DNA of 64,000 nt, from assembly GCA_022843945.1 (NCBI GenBank), contig JALHMR010000023.1:7941-71940 (forward strand), read 5' to 3'. Below the pieces are notes generated by a model. It was not told the origin of the DNA, searched no databases, and saw nothing but the letters and a program-made list of their open reading frames with translations. Made by a program: the position numbers and the translations under genes. Positions 27,144 to 37,780 of this stretch are shown piece after piece. Source of the stretch: Rhodospirillaceae bacterium (lineage in GTDB: Bacteria > Pseudomonadota > Alphaproteobacteria > CACIAM-22H2). Each line of letters begins with the position of its first letter. Positions within the stretch are counted from its first letter, which is position 1.

Positions 27144-27635
27144 ATGACCGCAACCGATCCCCACACTACCGACCGGCGGGCCATCAAGACCCTGCTCGAA
27201 GGGCTGGCCGAAGCCTGGAACCGGCACGACGCCGCGGCCTATGCCGGCGCCTTCACCGAGGACGCGGACTATGTGCTGTTCGACGGCACCCATTCACGGG
27301 GCCGTCGGGCAATCCTGCGGCTGCACCGCTATCTGTTCGAGACCGTGCTGCGCAGCTCGCGCCTGATCCTCGAAGGCAGTCCACGAACGCGTTTCGTCGG
27401 CGGCGACGTCGCCGTGGTCATCATCGAGGGGGCGGTCGTCATGCCCTGGCAGCGCCGCAGCAAGCGCCGCAAGCGCTCGATCCAGACCTACCTGCTGGTC
27501 CGGCACAAGGGCGACTGGCAGGTCGCGGCCTACAGCACCACCCGCATCCGGCCCATCCCCGAAAGCGGCATCGGCTTCGGCATGGCGCAGCTCGTCGTGC
27601 GCATGCGCACGGCGGTGGCCAAGTCGTTCCATTAG
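27144..27635 (+). CDS. SgcJ/EcaC-family (NTF2/SnoaL-like, DUF4440) protein
   Basis: 163 aa. The N-terminal block IKTLLEGLAEAWNRHDAAAYAGAFTEDADYV is typical of SgcJ/EcaC NTF2-like proteins. Confidence 0.6.
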   Translation: MTATDPHTTDRRAIKTLLEGLAEAWNRHDAAAYAGAFTEDADYVLFDGTHSRGRRAILRLHRYLFETVLRSSRLILEGSPRTRFVGGDVAVVIIEGAVVMPWQRRSKRRKRSIQTYLLVRHKGDWQVAAYSTTRIRPIPESGIGFGMAQLVVRMRTAVAKSFH

Positions 27636-27651
27636 CTGCTAAGAACCCGGG

Positions 27652-28581
27652 ATGAACGATTTATCGGGCGATCATCTGGCGCCGATCAGCAATCTCGCGC
27701 GGCTGCTGGCCGGCGGGCGTTTCGCCGTCACCGCCGAGCTGACCCCGCCGGTCTCCACCGATCCTGCCGATTTCGTGGCCCGCGCCGCGCCGCTCAAAGG
27801 GCTGGCCACAGCGGTCAACGTCACCGACGGGGCCGGCGCCAAGGCGCATCTCTCGGCGCTGGTCGCGGCCCATGCCCTGCAGCAGTCGGGCATCGAGCCG
27901 ATCCTGCAGATGACCTGCCGCGACCGCAACCGCATCGCGCTCCAGGCCGATCTGCTGGGCGCCATGGCGCTCGGCATCCGCAACATCCTGGTCCTGGGCG
28001 GCGACGATCCCAAGGCCGGGGACCAGCCGGACGCCAAGCCGGTTTTCGACCTCAAGAGCCGCGACCTGATCGCCACCGCCCACCGCATGCGCGAGCGCCG
28101 GCAGCTGCCGACCGGCACGGAGATCAAGGGCGATCCGGGGCTGGTCATCGGCGGCGCGGACATGCCCATCGATCCGCCGCTCGACTGGAAGCCGGTGGCG
28201 CTGCTGGACAAGATCGAGGCGGGCGCCGATTTCGTGCAGACCCAGTTCTGCATGGATACGGGCGTGGTGCGGCGCTATGCCGCGCGCCTGGTCGAGCTGG
28301 GCATTGCGCCGCGGCTCAAGGTGCTGATCGGTATCGCGCCCATCCCATCGGCCAAGTCCGCGCGCTGGATGCGCGAGAAACTCTTCGGTACGCTCATCCC
28401 CGATGTCATCGTCGACCGGCTCGAAAAAGCGGCCGATCCGAAGCAGGAAGGCCGGGCGATCGCCGTCGAGCTGCTGCAGGAGCTGGCGACCATTCCCGGC
28501 ATTGCCGGCGCCCATATCATGGCGCCGCAGAACCCCTCCGCCATCCCCGCGGTGATCGAGGCTTCGGGGCTCGTCCGCTAG
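27652..28581 (+). CDS. Methylenetetrahydrofolate reductase family protein
   Basis: 309 aa. It contains AVTAELTPP, VNVTDGAGA and ILQMTCRDRNR...NILVLGGD, characteristic of MetF-like TIM-barrel flavoproteins. Confidence 0.8.
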   Translation: MNDLSGDHLAPISNLARLLAGGRFAVTAELTPPVSTDPADFVARAAPLKGLATAVNVTDGAGAKAHLSALVAAHALQQSGIEPILQMTCRDRNRIALQADLLGAMALGIRNILVLGGDDPKAGDQPDAKPVFDLKSRDLIATAHRMRERRQLPTGTEIKGDPGLVIGGADMPIDPPLDWKPVALLDKIEAGADFVQTQFCMDTGVVRRYAARLVELGIAPRLKVLIGIAPIPSAKSARWMREKLFGTLIPDVIVDRLEKAADPKQEGRAIAVELLQELATIPGIAGAHIMAPQNPSAIPAVIEASGLVR

Positions 28582-29555
28582 AGCGTGATCACCACGTTGC
28601 CCATCGCCTTGCCGCTCTCGACGGCCTGGTGTGCGGCGACGACCTGATCGAGCGTGTAGGTCGAGGCCACGGCGTGTTTGAGCGAGCCGGCGGTCAGCAT
28701 TGCCGTCAGATCCTTGAGGGCGGTGTCGCGCGCCGTGTCGTCCAGGTCGTAGACCAGGAAGAATTTGAGCTGGATCTGGCTGGTCAGGCAGTACTGCGCG
28801 GGGATCGTCGCCTCCGGCCCGCCGATGCCGTAGATCACCACCGTGCCCCGGGGTTTCAGCACCGCCGGGATCAGTTTGGCGTTGGCGGTGACGTCCATGT
28901 CGATGATCCGGTCGACGCCGGTACCGCCCGTGAGTTCCTTGACCCGCGCGCCGACGTCCTCGGTCCGGTAGTTGATCGTGTGGTCGGCGCCGGCCGCCTT
29001 GGCGTGGGCGGCCTTCTCCGGCGAGCTGACCGTGGCGATGACCTTCGCGCCCTTGGCCTTGGCGATCTGCACGACATAGTGGCCGACCGCGCCGGCGCCG
29101 GCATGAACGAGGATCGTCTGGCCGTTGACCGCCCCGTCGAGGGTCACGGCGTGGTAGGCGGTGAGGGCCGGGATGCCGAGGCAGGCACCGGCTTCGAAAC
29201 TGACCCCGGCGGGCAGCGGCACGGCCTGCCGGGCGGGCAGGGCGATGTATTCCGCGGCCGTGCCGAAGGGCCGTTTCCAGGCGCCGTTCCAGATCCACAC
29301 CCGTTCGCCGACGCGCGATGGGCTGACGCCCTCGCCAACCGCCTCGATGGTGCCGGCCCCGTCGCTATGCGGGATGACGCGCGGGAAGGCGATCTTGCGC
29401 ACCGTGCCGGCGCGGGTCTTGACGTCCGAGGGGTTGACGCCGGAGGTCGCCAGGCGCACGCGCACCTCGCCGGGACCGGGCTTGGGCGTTTCGACCTCGC
29501 CGATCGTCAGCACCTTGTCTGCCGCTCCGTTCGCCTCGTAATACGCCGCCCGCAT
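28578..29555 (-). CDS. NADPH:quinone reductase / zinc-independent medium-chain dehydrogenase (MDR) family
   Basis: 325 aa. It has GEVRVRL...GVNPSD, GAGAVGH nucleotide-binding motifs and quinone-oxidoreductase-like sequence. Confidence 0.85.
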   Translation of the reverse strand: MRAAYYEANGAADKVLTIGEVETPKPGPGEVRVRLATSGVNPSDVKTRAGTVRKIAFPRVIPHSDGAGTIEAVGEGVSPSRVGERVWIWNGAWKRPFGTAAEYIALPARQAVPLPAGVSFEAGACLGIPALTAYHAVTLDGAVNGQTILVHAGAGAVGHYVVQIAKAKGAKVIATVSSPEKAAHAKAAGADHTINYRTEDVGARVKELTGGTGVDRIIDMDVTANAKLIPAVLKPRGTVVIYGIGGPEATIPAQYCLTSQIQLKFFLVYDLDDTARDTALKDLTAMLTAGSLKHAVASTYTLDQVVAAHQAVESGKAMGNVVITL

Positions 29556-29717
29556 GGGTCATCCTGGGTTCGAGAGGGGTAGTCCGGTCGGCCACTCTAT
29601 TCGCATTGGGGGTGTTGCGGAACTTGTCACGGCGTCCCACGCGAACCGGCACGATATCCGTCGTGGGACGACTCTTTTCACCCGCTGGCGTTGCCGCGGG
29701 CACCCTGGAGACCGGAA

Positions 29718-30785
29718 ATGGGATACGCGCGCCACGACGACCGCCTGGCCTGGGTCGACTACGCCAAGGGCATCTGCATCGTCGCGGTGGTCTGCATGTA
29801 TGCCGGCTACTACGTCCAGCCGGCCGAGGGCGGCGGGGCGGGCTGGATGCAGCTCTGGATGGACTTCGCGCGGCCCTTCCGCATGCCGGATTTCTTCCTG
29901 CTCGCCGGCCTGTTCCTGGCGCGCACCATCGACCGGCCGTGGCGCGAGTATCTCGACAAGAAGGTCGTCCACTTCGCCTATTTCCTGGTCCTCTGGACGA
30001 CGATCTACTTCGTCGCCGAGGCGCTGCTGACCCGCAACCTCGCCGGCGGCACGCCGCTCTGGCTGCAGTACCTGGCCTGGCTGACCGTCGACCCGTACCA
30101 CATGCTCTGGTTCGTCGCGATGCTGCCGGTCTACTTCCTGGTGACGCGGGCCGTGCGCGGCGTGCCGTGGTGGATCATCCTGCCGCTCGCGGCCTTGCTG
30201 CAGATCGCCGCCTTCGAATCCGGCTGGCGCCATTTCGATCGTTTCGGCGAGCGCTACGTCTACTTCTACGCCGGCTACGCCTTCGCGCCGCTGGTCTTCC
30301 AGTTCGCCGACTGGGTGCGCGAGAACAAGGGCAAGGCGCTCGGCCTGCTGGCGCTCTGGGCAGTGGTCAACGAAGGCTTCGTTCTGGCCCGCCTGCACGA
30401 GGCGCCGGGCCTCAGCCTGGTCCTGGGCTTTGTCGGGGTCGGCGGCGTGATCGCCGTCGCAGCCCTGCTCCAGGATACGCGTCGGATGCAGTGGCTGCGC
30501 TATCTGGGCCGCAATTCGATCGTTGTCTTCCTGGCCTTTTATATCCCGATGGTGGTGGCGGCGAAGCTGCTCTGGCGCTTCGGCCCGCCGCTCGATCTCG
30601 GCACCCAGGCACTGGTGATCACCATCGCCGCCATCGTCGTGCCGGTGATCGCCTACGCCGTGCTGCGCCACTCCCCGGCGCGGATCCTGTTCGAGCGCCC
30701 GCGCTGGGCCCAACTCGGCAGTGTCCGTCAGCCGGCTAAAACGCGGCAGGAACCCGTGTTCGGCGCCCAGCCTTCGGCGTCCTGA
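29718..30785 (+). CDS. Acyltransferase-3 (OpgC/OafA-like) family membrane protein
   Basis: Start at ATG 29718. The N-terminus is RLAWVDYAKGICIVAVV, with RMPDFFLLAGLF and about 10 hydrophobic helices. Confidence 0.7.
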   Translation: MGYARHDDRLAWVDYAKGICIVAVVCMYAGYYVQPAEGGGAGWMQLWMDFARPFRMPDFFLLAGLFLARTIDRPWREYLDKKVVHFAYFLVLWTTIYFVAEALLTRNLAGGTPLWLQYLAWLTVDPYHMLWFVAMLPVYFLVTRAVRGVPWWIILPLAALLQIAAFESGWRHFDRFGERYVYFYAGYAFAPLVFQFADWVRENKGKALGLLALWAVVNEGFVLARLHEAPGLSLVLGFVGVGGVIAVAALLQDTRRMQWLRYLGRNSIVVFLAFYIPMVVAAKLLWRFGPPLDLGTQALVITIAAIVVPVIAYAVLRHSPARILFERPRWAQLGSVRQPAKTRQEPVFGAQPSAS

Positions 30786-30789
30786 GCGG

Positions 30790-31197
30790 TCAGCCAACCC
30801 CGCGCAGCCAGTCGCCGGCTGCCGCGGGGCTCTCGAAATACTCGACGCTCAGCCGGCTGCTGTCGAGGCGCTGGACCACTTCGCTGACCGCCACCCGGTT
30901 GAAGAAATAGAGCGGTGTCACGATCGCCGCATGGCGCAGGCCGGCATCCATGGCGCGCGGCAGCCAGTTTCCATTGAGCCAAGCCTGGTCCTCGGAGCCG
31001 ATCAGCAGGAAGTGGCCGATGTCGCAGAGGATCTTGGTCGCCCGGTGGGCGGCGAGGGTGGTCAGCACGCTCTCGTTCTGGGCGCGGAACGAGGCGCTGG
31101 TGTGATAACCGCGCCAGGTCATGACGATGCCCGGCAGCTCGGGCGCGTAGCTGACGCTGAACTCCGACGCGATGTGGAAAAGGGATTCGCCGTCCAT
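30790..31197 (-). CDS. Hypothetical protein (possibly SpoIIAA/STAS-like fold)
   Basis: Start at ATG 31197 within ORF 30790..31758. 135 aa with coding-like GC3. It is divergent from a TetR gene with a palindrome between them. The family assignment is tentative. Confidence 0.45.
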   Translation of the reverse strand: MDGESLFHIASEFSVSYAPELPGIVMTWRGYHTSASFRAQNESVLTTLAAHRATKILCDIGHFLLIGSEDQAWLNGNWLPRAMDAGLRHAAIVTPLYFFNRVAVSEVVQRLDSSRLSVEYFESPAAAGDWLRGVG

Positions 31198-31223
31198 GGT
31201 GCTCGTCGGGCTTGTTCGGAATA

Positions 31224-31245
31224 AACTGTACTGTATAGTACAGTT
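31224..31245. promoter_or_regulatory. Operator-like palindrome in the divergent TetR intergenic region
   Basis: AACTGTACT gtat AGTACAGTT has perfect 9-bp arms in an AT-rich patch. It ends exactly at the nucleotide before the TetR ATG (31246). Confidence 0.5.
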
Positions 31246-31860
31246 ATGCCGGATGTCAAGCAGACGCGGGGCGAGAAACGGCGGGCCCGCCTGCTGGAGG
31301 CGGCGCGCGCCGTCTTCCTCGAGCGCGGCTTCGAGGGAGCGACTCTCGATCAGGTGATCGCCGTCTCCGGTGGCTCGCGCGCCACGCTCTACGAGCAGTT
31401 CGGCGACAAGGAAGGCCTGTTCGCCGCCATCGTCGGCGAGATCTGCGACGACATCCAGCTGCCGCTGGCCGGCGGCCTGGGCAGCGATCCCGATCCGGGC
31501 ACGGTGCTGCAGGCCTTCGCTCTGCGCTTCATGACACGCCTGATGGACGCGGAAAGTCTGGCGCTCTACCGCCTGGTGATCGCCGAAAGCCGGCGGCTTC
31601 CCGGGCTGGGCGAGCGGGTGTTTGCCGCCGGTCCCGAGCGCGGCGCCCGGGCGCTGAGCGACTATCTGCGGGCCCAGAGCCGGGCGGGCAGGATGCGCGT
31701 GCGCGATCCGGACCTCTCGGTGCGCATCTTCCTGGAGATGATCAAGGGCGATCTCCACACCCGCGCCCTGTTCCGGGCCGGCCCGCCGCCCACGGCCCGC
31801 GAGATCGAGGCTACCGTGCGCGGCGCCGTGGGAATTTTCCTGCGCGGCGTGAGTGCCTGA
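31246..31860 (+). CDS. TetR/AcrR-family transcriptional regulator
   Basis: 204 aa. The N-terminal HTH is LLEAARAVFLERGFEGATLDQVIAVSGGSRATLYEQFGDKEGLF. Confidence 0.85.
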   Translation: MPDVKQTRGEKRRARLLEAARAVFLERGFEGATLDQVIAVSGGSRATLYEQFGDKEGLFAAIVGEICDDIQLPLAGGLGSDPDPGTVLQAFALRFMTRLMDAESLALYRLVIAESRRLPGLGERVFAAGPERGARALSDYLRAQSRAGRMRVRDPDLSVRIFLEMIKGDLHTRALFRAGPPPTAREIEATVRGAVGIFLRGVSA

Positions 31861-31893
31861 CCGGCGTCAGGCGGCCGGTCGTCAGAAAGCCGC

Positions 31894-33948
<2,055 letters not shown>

Positions 33949-34139
33949 TGTATTCCCCGTCGTGGCGTCGTCGATGTGTCGGTCCGGCGGTCTCGTCCGG
34001 CGGCGGATGATTGAATCTTATCCGTCGCCCCAGGCGGTCGCAAGGCGGCGGGGCCAGCGGCGCCTACCTCCAATTGGGTAAGCGCCAACCGGAAAACTAG
34101 TCTAAGAAGAGCGGGTTACCGGAAGCAACGAGACGAGCC

Positions 34140-34670
34140 ATGCCTCTCTATTCCCTCGACGAGCACCGCCCGAACCTGCCCGAGAACGGGCGCTACTGGA
34201 TCGCGCCGGGCGCCCAGGTGATCGGCCGCGTGACCCTGGGCGTCGATGTCGGCGTCTGGTTCAACGCGGTGATCCGCGCCGACAACGACACTATCACCAT
34301 TGGGGAGCGCACCAACATCCAGGAAGGCTGCCTGCTGCACGCCGATCCCGGCTTCCCGATCAACATCGGCGCGGGCTGCATCATCGGGCATAAAGCCATC
34401 GTCCATGGCTGCACGATCGGCGCCGGCTCGCTGGTCGGCATGGGCGCCACGGTCCTCAACGGGGCGAAGATCGGCGCCAACTGCCTGATCGGCGCCAATG
34501 CGCTGGTCACCGAGGGCAAGGAATTCCCCGAGGGCACGCTGATCGTCGGCAGCCCCGCCAAGGGGATCCGGCAACTCACCCCCGAAGCCATCGCCGCCAT
34601 CGCCAAGGATGCCGACGGCTACGTGAAGAAATGGCAGCGCTACGCCAAGGGGCTCAAACCTCTTGGCTAA
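34140..34670 (+). CDS. Gamma-class carbonic anhydrase family protein (left-handed beta-helix, YrdA/PaaY-like)
   Basis: 176 aa with hexapeptide repeats and WIAPGAQVIGRVTLG..., NIQEGCLLH, GHKAIVHGC motifs. Confidence 0.85.
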   Translation: MPLYSLDEHRPNLPENGRYWIAPGAQVIGRVTLGVDVGVWFNAVIRADNDTITIGERTNIQEGCLLHADPGFPINIGAGCIIGHKAIVHGCTIGAGSLVGMGATVLNGAKIGANCLIGANALVTEGKEFPEGTLIVGSPAKGIRQLTPEAIAAIAKDADGYVKKWQRYAKGLKPLG

Positions 34671-35358
34671 GCTCAAGGTCCTGTCGACGCTCGCCATCGC
34701 CGGGCCGATGCGCGAGCTGGCCGGCCGCTTCGAGCAGTCGGCAGGCATCGAGCTCGACGCCGAATACGGCCCGACCGTGCTGCTGATGAAGCGCCTCGAA
34801 GCCGGCGAGCGGCCGGACGTGGTCGCCCTGACCCAGGACGCCCTGGCCGGACTGGTGAAGAAGGGCGACGTGGCGCCGGAGAGCGCCGTCGACCTGGTGC
34901 GCTCCTTCGTCGGGGTGGCGGTGAAGGCCGGCGCGCCGAAGCCGGCCATCGCCACGGCGGAGCAGTTCAAGCAGGCGCTCCTCGCGGCGCGCTCGATCGC
35001 CTATTCGCGGGCCGGGGCCAGCGGCTTGTTCTTCACGGCGCTGCTGCAGAGTCTCGGCATCGCCGATGCGGTCAACGCCAAGGCCACGGTCATACCCCAG
35101 GGCTTCACCGCGGAGCTCGCGGCCTCGGGGAAGGTCGAGCTCGCCGTCCAGCAGGTCAGCGAGCTGATGGCCGTGTCCGGTGTCGATATCGTCGGCCCGC
35201 TGCCGCGCGAGATCGAGCCCGGCACGGTGTTCTCGGCCGGCCTCTTTGCCGCGTCGCCCCGCCGCGCCGAGGGCGAGCGCCTGCTCGCTTTCCTGTCCTC
35301 GAAGGAAGTCGCGCCGCGCATCCGCGCCTTCGGACTGGAGCCGCTGACCGCCGGCTGA
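34663..35358 (+). CDS. Periplasmic-binding-protein fold protein, ModA/molybdate-binding-like, without a recognisable signal peptide
   Basis: 231 aa with an apparent TTG start overlapping the gamma-CA gene end by 8 nt. It resembles ModA-like PBPs (DVVALTQDALAGLVKKG, GVAVKAG). No hydrophobic N-terminal leader. Confidence 0.55.
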   Translation: MAKLKVLSTLAIAGPMRELAGRFEQSAGIELDAEYGPTVLLMKRLEAGERPDVVALTQDALAGLVKKGDVAPESAVDLVRSFVGVAVKAGAPKPAIATAEQFKQALLAARSIAYSRAGASGLFFTALLQSLGIADAVNAKATVIPQGFTAELAASGKVELAVQQVSELMAVSGVDIVGPLPREIEPGTVFSAGLFAASPRRAEGERLLAFLSSKEVAPRIRAFGLEPLTAG

Positions 35359-35407
35359 TGCACCGGAACGAAAACCCCACCGCGCGGTTTCGTACCGGCA
35401 TCGCGCG

Positions 35408-35433
35408 CCACCTCTCGCACCCACCTCTCGCAC
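35408..35433. repeat. Tandem direct repeat, 2 x 13 bp (CCACCTCTCGCAC)
   Basis: Two exact adjacent copies, 13 nt upstream of the ATG at 35446. Read directly from the sequence. Confidence 0.7.
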
Positions 35434-35445
35434 AAGGACTTCCCG

Positions 35446-35937
35446 ATGAGGCGCAAACGCGCTCTTCAGAAAACGGCCACTATCGCCTACAGCGCCGGCC
35501 GCTCGGCGATCGCCACGGCTGAACTCTCGGCCGCCGCCGGGCAGGTCATCGCCCGGCGCATGGCCCTGGGAGTCTCGGCCCTGGCCGATCCCCTGGGCGC
35601 CGATCACGCCGAGTTCGGCCGCATGGTGCCGGAGAAGGTCGACGCGCTGACCTCGGCCTCGACCGCGATGGCCAAGGTGTCGCTGGCGATGGTCGGCGAG
35701 AGCGCGCGCCGCTCGGCCGATGACGCCATGCAGGCGTCGCGGGCGATGGTGGATCTCGCGCTTTGCCGCTCGCCGGCGGCCTTCATGGCGATCCAGAACC
35801 GGCTGGCTCAAAGCTGGCTGACGCAGTCCTACGCCCAGTCGATAGCGCTCTGGGCCACCGGGTTGAGGTTCCACGAAGCCGCCATGGCCCCCTATCACCG
35901 CGCCGCAATCCGCAACGCCAGGCGGCTGAGCAAATGA
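35446..35937 (+). CDS. Hypothetical helical protein (phasin-like?)
   Basis: 163 aa, Ala-rich and predicted all-helical, with coding-like GC3. It has a weak RBS and vaguely resembles phasin-family proteins. Low certainty on function. Confidence 0.4.
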   Translation: MRRKRALQKTATIAYSAGRSAIATAELSAAAGQVIARRMALGVSALADPLGADHAEFGRMVPEKVDALTSASTAMAKVSLAMVGESARRSADDAMQASRAMVDLALCRSPAAFMAIQNRLAQSWLTQSYAQSIALWATGLRFHEAAMAPYHRAAIRNARRLSK

Positions 35938-35988
35938 CGGAGGCTTTCCGACGGATTTGATGGGCAGCTAGAGTGGCTTTCCTTTCTT

Positions 35989-36026
35989 CCCCCTCCCCCT
36001 TGATGGGGGAGGGTGGGGAGGGGGTG
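35989..36026. repeat. REP/BIME-like G/C-rich palindromic element
   Basis: CCCCCTCCCCCTTGATGGGGGAGGGTGGGGAGGGGGTG lies between convergent genes. It is nearly the same unit as at 52458-52497. Confidence 0.6.
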
Positions 36027-36037
36027 CTCCTGAGAAC

Positions 36038-37375
36038 CTAGCCCGTCGCCGCGGCGCGCAGGTCCAGGCCGTCGGCCACCACGCGGTTGCGTCCGCCGGA
36101 CTTGGCCCGGTAGAGCGCCTGGTCGGCGGCGTCGATCACGGCGTCCAGCGTATCGAGGCGATTGCTGAACGTGGCCACCCCGATGCTGGCGGTGACGCCG
36201 CGCTCCGCCCCGTCGTGGAGCAGGCGGATGGCGGCGATGGCCGCCCGCAGGCGCTCGGCCGCGATCAAGGCGCCGGGCGCGTCGCTCTCCGACAGGGCGA
36301 CGATGAATTCCTCGCCGCCGTAGCGGCAGAACAGGTCCTCGGTGCGCAGCCGGGAGCCGACCGCCTGCGCCACCGCGACCAGGAACCGGTCGCCCATGGC
36401 GTGGCCCATGGTGTCGTTCAGGCGCTTGAAATGGTCGATGTCGATCATGGCGATCGACAGGCTGCGGGTGTGCCGTTTGGCCCGTGACACGTCGCGCTCG
36501 ATCCGCTCGCGGAAGGCCCGGCGGTTGAGCGCGCCGGTCAGCGGATCGATCGCCGCCTGGCGCTGCAGCTCGGCGGCGAGCTGCTCGCGCTCCACCAGAC
36601 CGTGCTTGAAGACCTGCACCGCCTTGGCCATGGCGCCGATCTCGTCGCGCCGCGCAGCGCCATCGACGGACACCGTCAGGTCGTTGGTGGCCAGGCGGTT
36701 CATCAGCAGGGTGAGGCGCCGCACCGGCCGCGAGATCGAGGTCACGATGAAGAGGCCGGCGAGGCCGCTCAGCGCGACCGCCAGTCCGATTGCCGTATAG
36801 ATCCAGGTCCGGGCCGACCGATAGGCTTCCTCGCCGGCGCGGAAATTACTGTCGCCCTCGCGCATCTGCAGCTCGAGGAGCCGCTCCAGCACCTCGCGCC
36901 ACTCGGCATAGGCGCGGCGCATGTCGCCGGCATAGAAGGCGAAGACCGCCTCGCGGCCGGCCCGCTCGGCGAGCATCGCGCGCAGTCGCATGTCGAGCGC
37001 CAGGTAGCCTTCCCAGCCCGCGGCGATGCGGTCGGCCAGCGCCCGCGCTTCGGGCGTCAGGTCGCGCTCGTAGCGGGCCCAGGCGCGCTGGGCATCGCCG
37101 GCGATCTTGAGCAGCAGGCGGAGCTCGTCGGCCGCCACATCCGGTGGGGCGGTGATGACCACGGCCTCCATCTGCCGCACGCGCATGGTCTCGAAGGCGT
37201 AGTCGCCCAGCGCCCGGCTCGCCGGGAACCAGTTGTCGCGCGCCACGGCGGCGCGCTCGTGAACCAGGGCGAGGCGGTCGACGGCGAACAGGCCGAGCGC
37301 CAGCGTCACCGCCAGCACGAGGCCGAAGGCGGCAGCGACCTTGGTCCGGATCTTCCAGTCGTGAATGGTCCGCAA
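36038..37375 (-). CDS. Diguanylate cyclase (GGDEF) with N-terminal 4-helix-bundle MCP-like sensor and HAMP
   Basis: 445 aa. It has TM1, a periplasmic helical bundle, TM2, HAMP and a GGDEF domain with an intact GGEEF site (RYGGEEF). An RxxD I-site (RTED) lies five residues upstream. Confidence 0.85.
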   Translation of the reverse strand: MRTIHDWKIRTKVAAAFGLVLAVTLALGLFAVDRLALVHERAAVARDNWFPASRALGDYAFETMRVRQMEAVVITAPPDVAADELRLLLKIAGDAQRAWARYERDLTPEARALADRIAAGWEGYLALDMRLRAMLAERAGREAVFAFYAGDMRRAYAEWREVLERLLELQMREGDSNFRAGEEAYRSARTWIYTAIGLAVALSGLAGLFIVTSISRPVRRLTLLMNRLATNDLTVSVDGAARRDEIGAMAKAVQVFKHGLVEREQLAAELQRQAAIDPLTGALNRRAFRERIERDVSRAKRHTRSLSIAMIDIDHFKRLNDTMGHAMGDRFLVAVAQAVGSRLRTEDLFCRYGGEEFIVALSESDAPGALIAAERLRAAIAAIRLLHDGAERGVTASIGVATFSNRLDTLDAVIDAADQALYRAKSGGRNRVVADGLDLRAAATG

Positions 37376-37463
37376 GTGATGCCCCCCGGCCGGCAGACTG
37401 TTCCAGTGGACAGCCTAGGGAAACAGCCTTAGCGAGGGGTTAATGCCGGGCGGCACTCCTAAT

Positions 37464-37507
37464 CTTCCCCTCGCCCCGCTTGCGGGGGAGAGGGCAGGGT
37501 GAGGGGG
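37464..37507. repeat. REP/BIME-like palindromic element
   Basis: CTTCCCCTCGCCCCGCTTGCGGGGGAGAGGGCAGGGTGAGGGGG has the same architecture and the same GGGTGAGGGG tail as the other copies. Confidence 0.5.
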
Positions 37508-37780
37508 CGGATACCGGATGAGGGTGAGGAGGTGGATACGAGTGTAATGGCCGCTGCGTTGACGCTCACCTATACGGACGAATGCGTGCGCCTGCGCCCC
37601 ACGGTTGGCCATGACGCCGAGGCGACAGTGCAGGTGACCAAGGCGGTCACCGAGTTCTTGAAAGCGACGTTCAGGATGTGACGTCGGGTGCCGGCTCGCT
37701 TAGCGCGCCGCCGGCACGCCGAGATCCCAGTGCCTCTACGGGGGAGACGGATCAAGGGTGCTAGTGAAGGCAAGTTTTGT

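Noticed and set aside
37499-37681. 60-aa ORF from the track as a gene in its full length.
   Set aside because: Its first 16 codons are the G-rich arm of a REP unit. Only the ATG-initiated 44-codon part (37547-37681) is even plausible, and that is reported as a low-interest finding rather than a feature.
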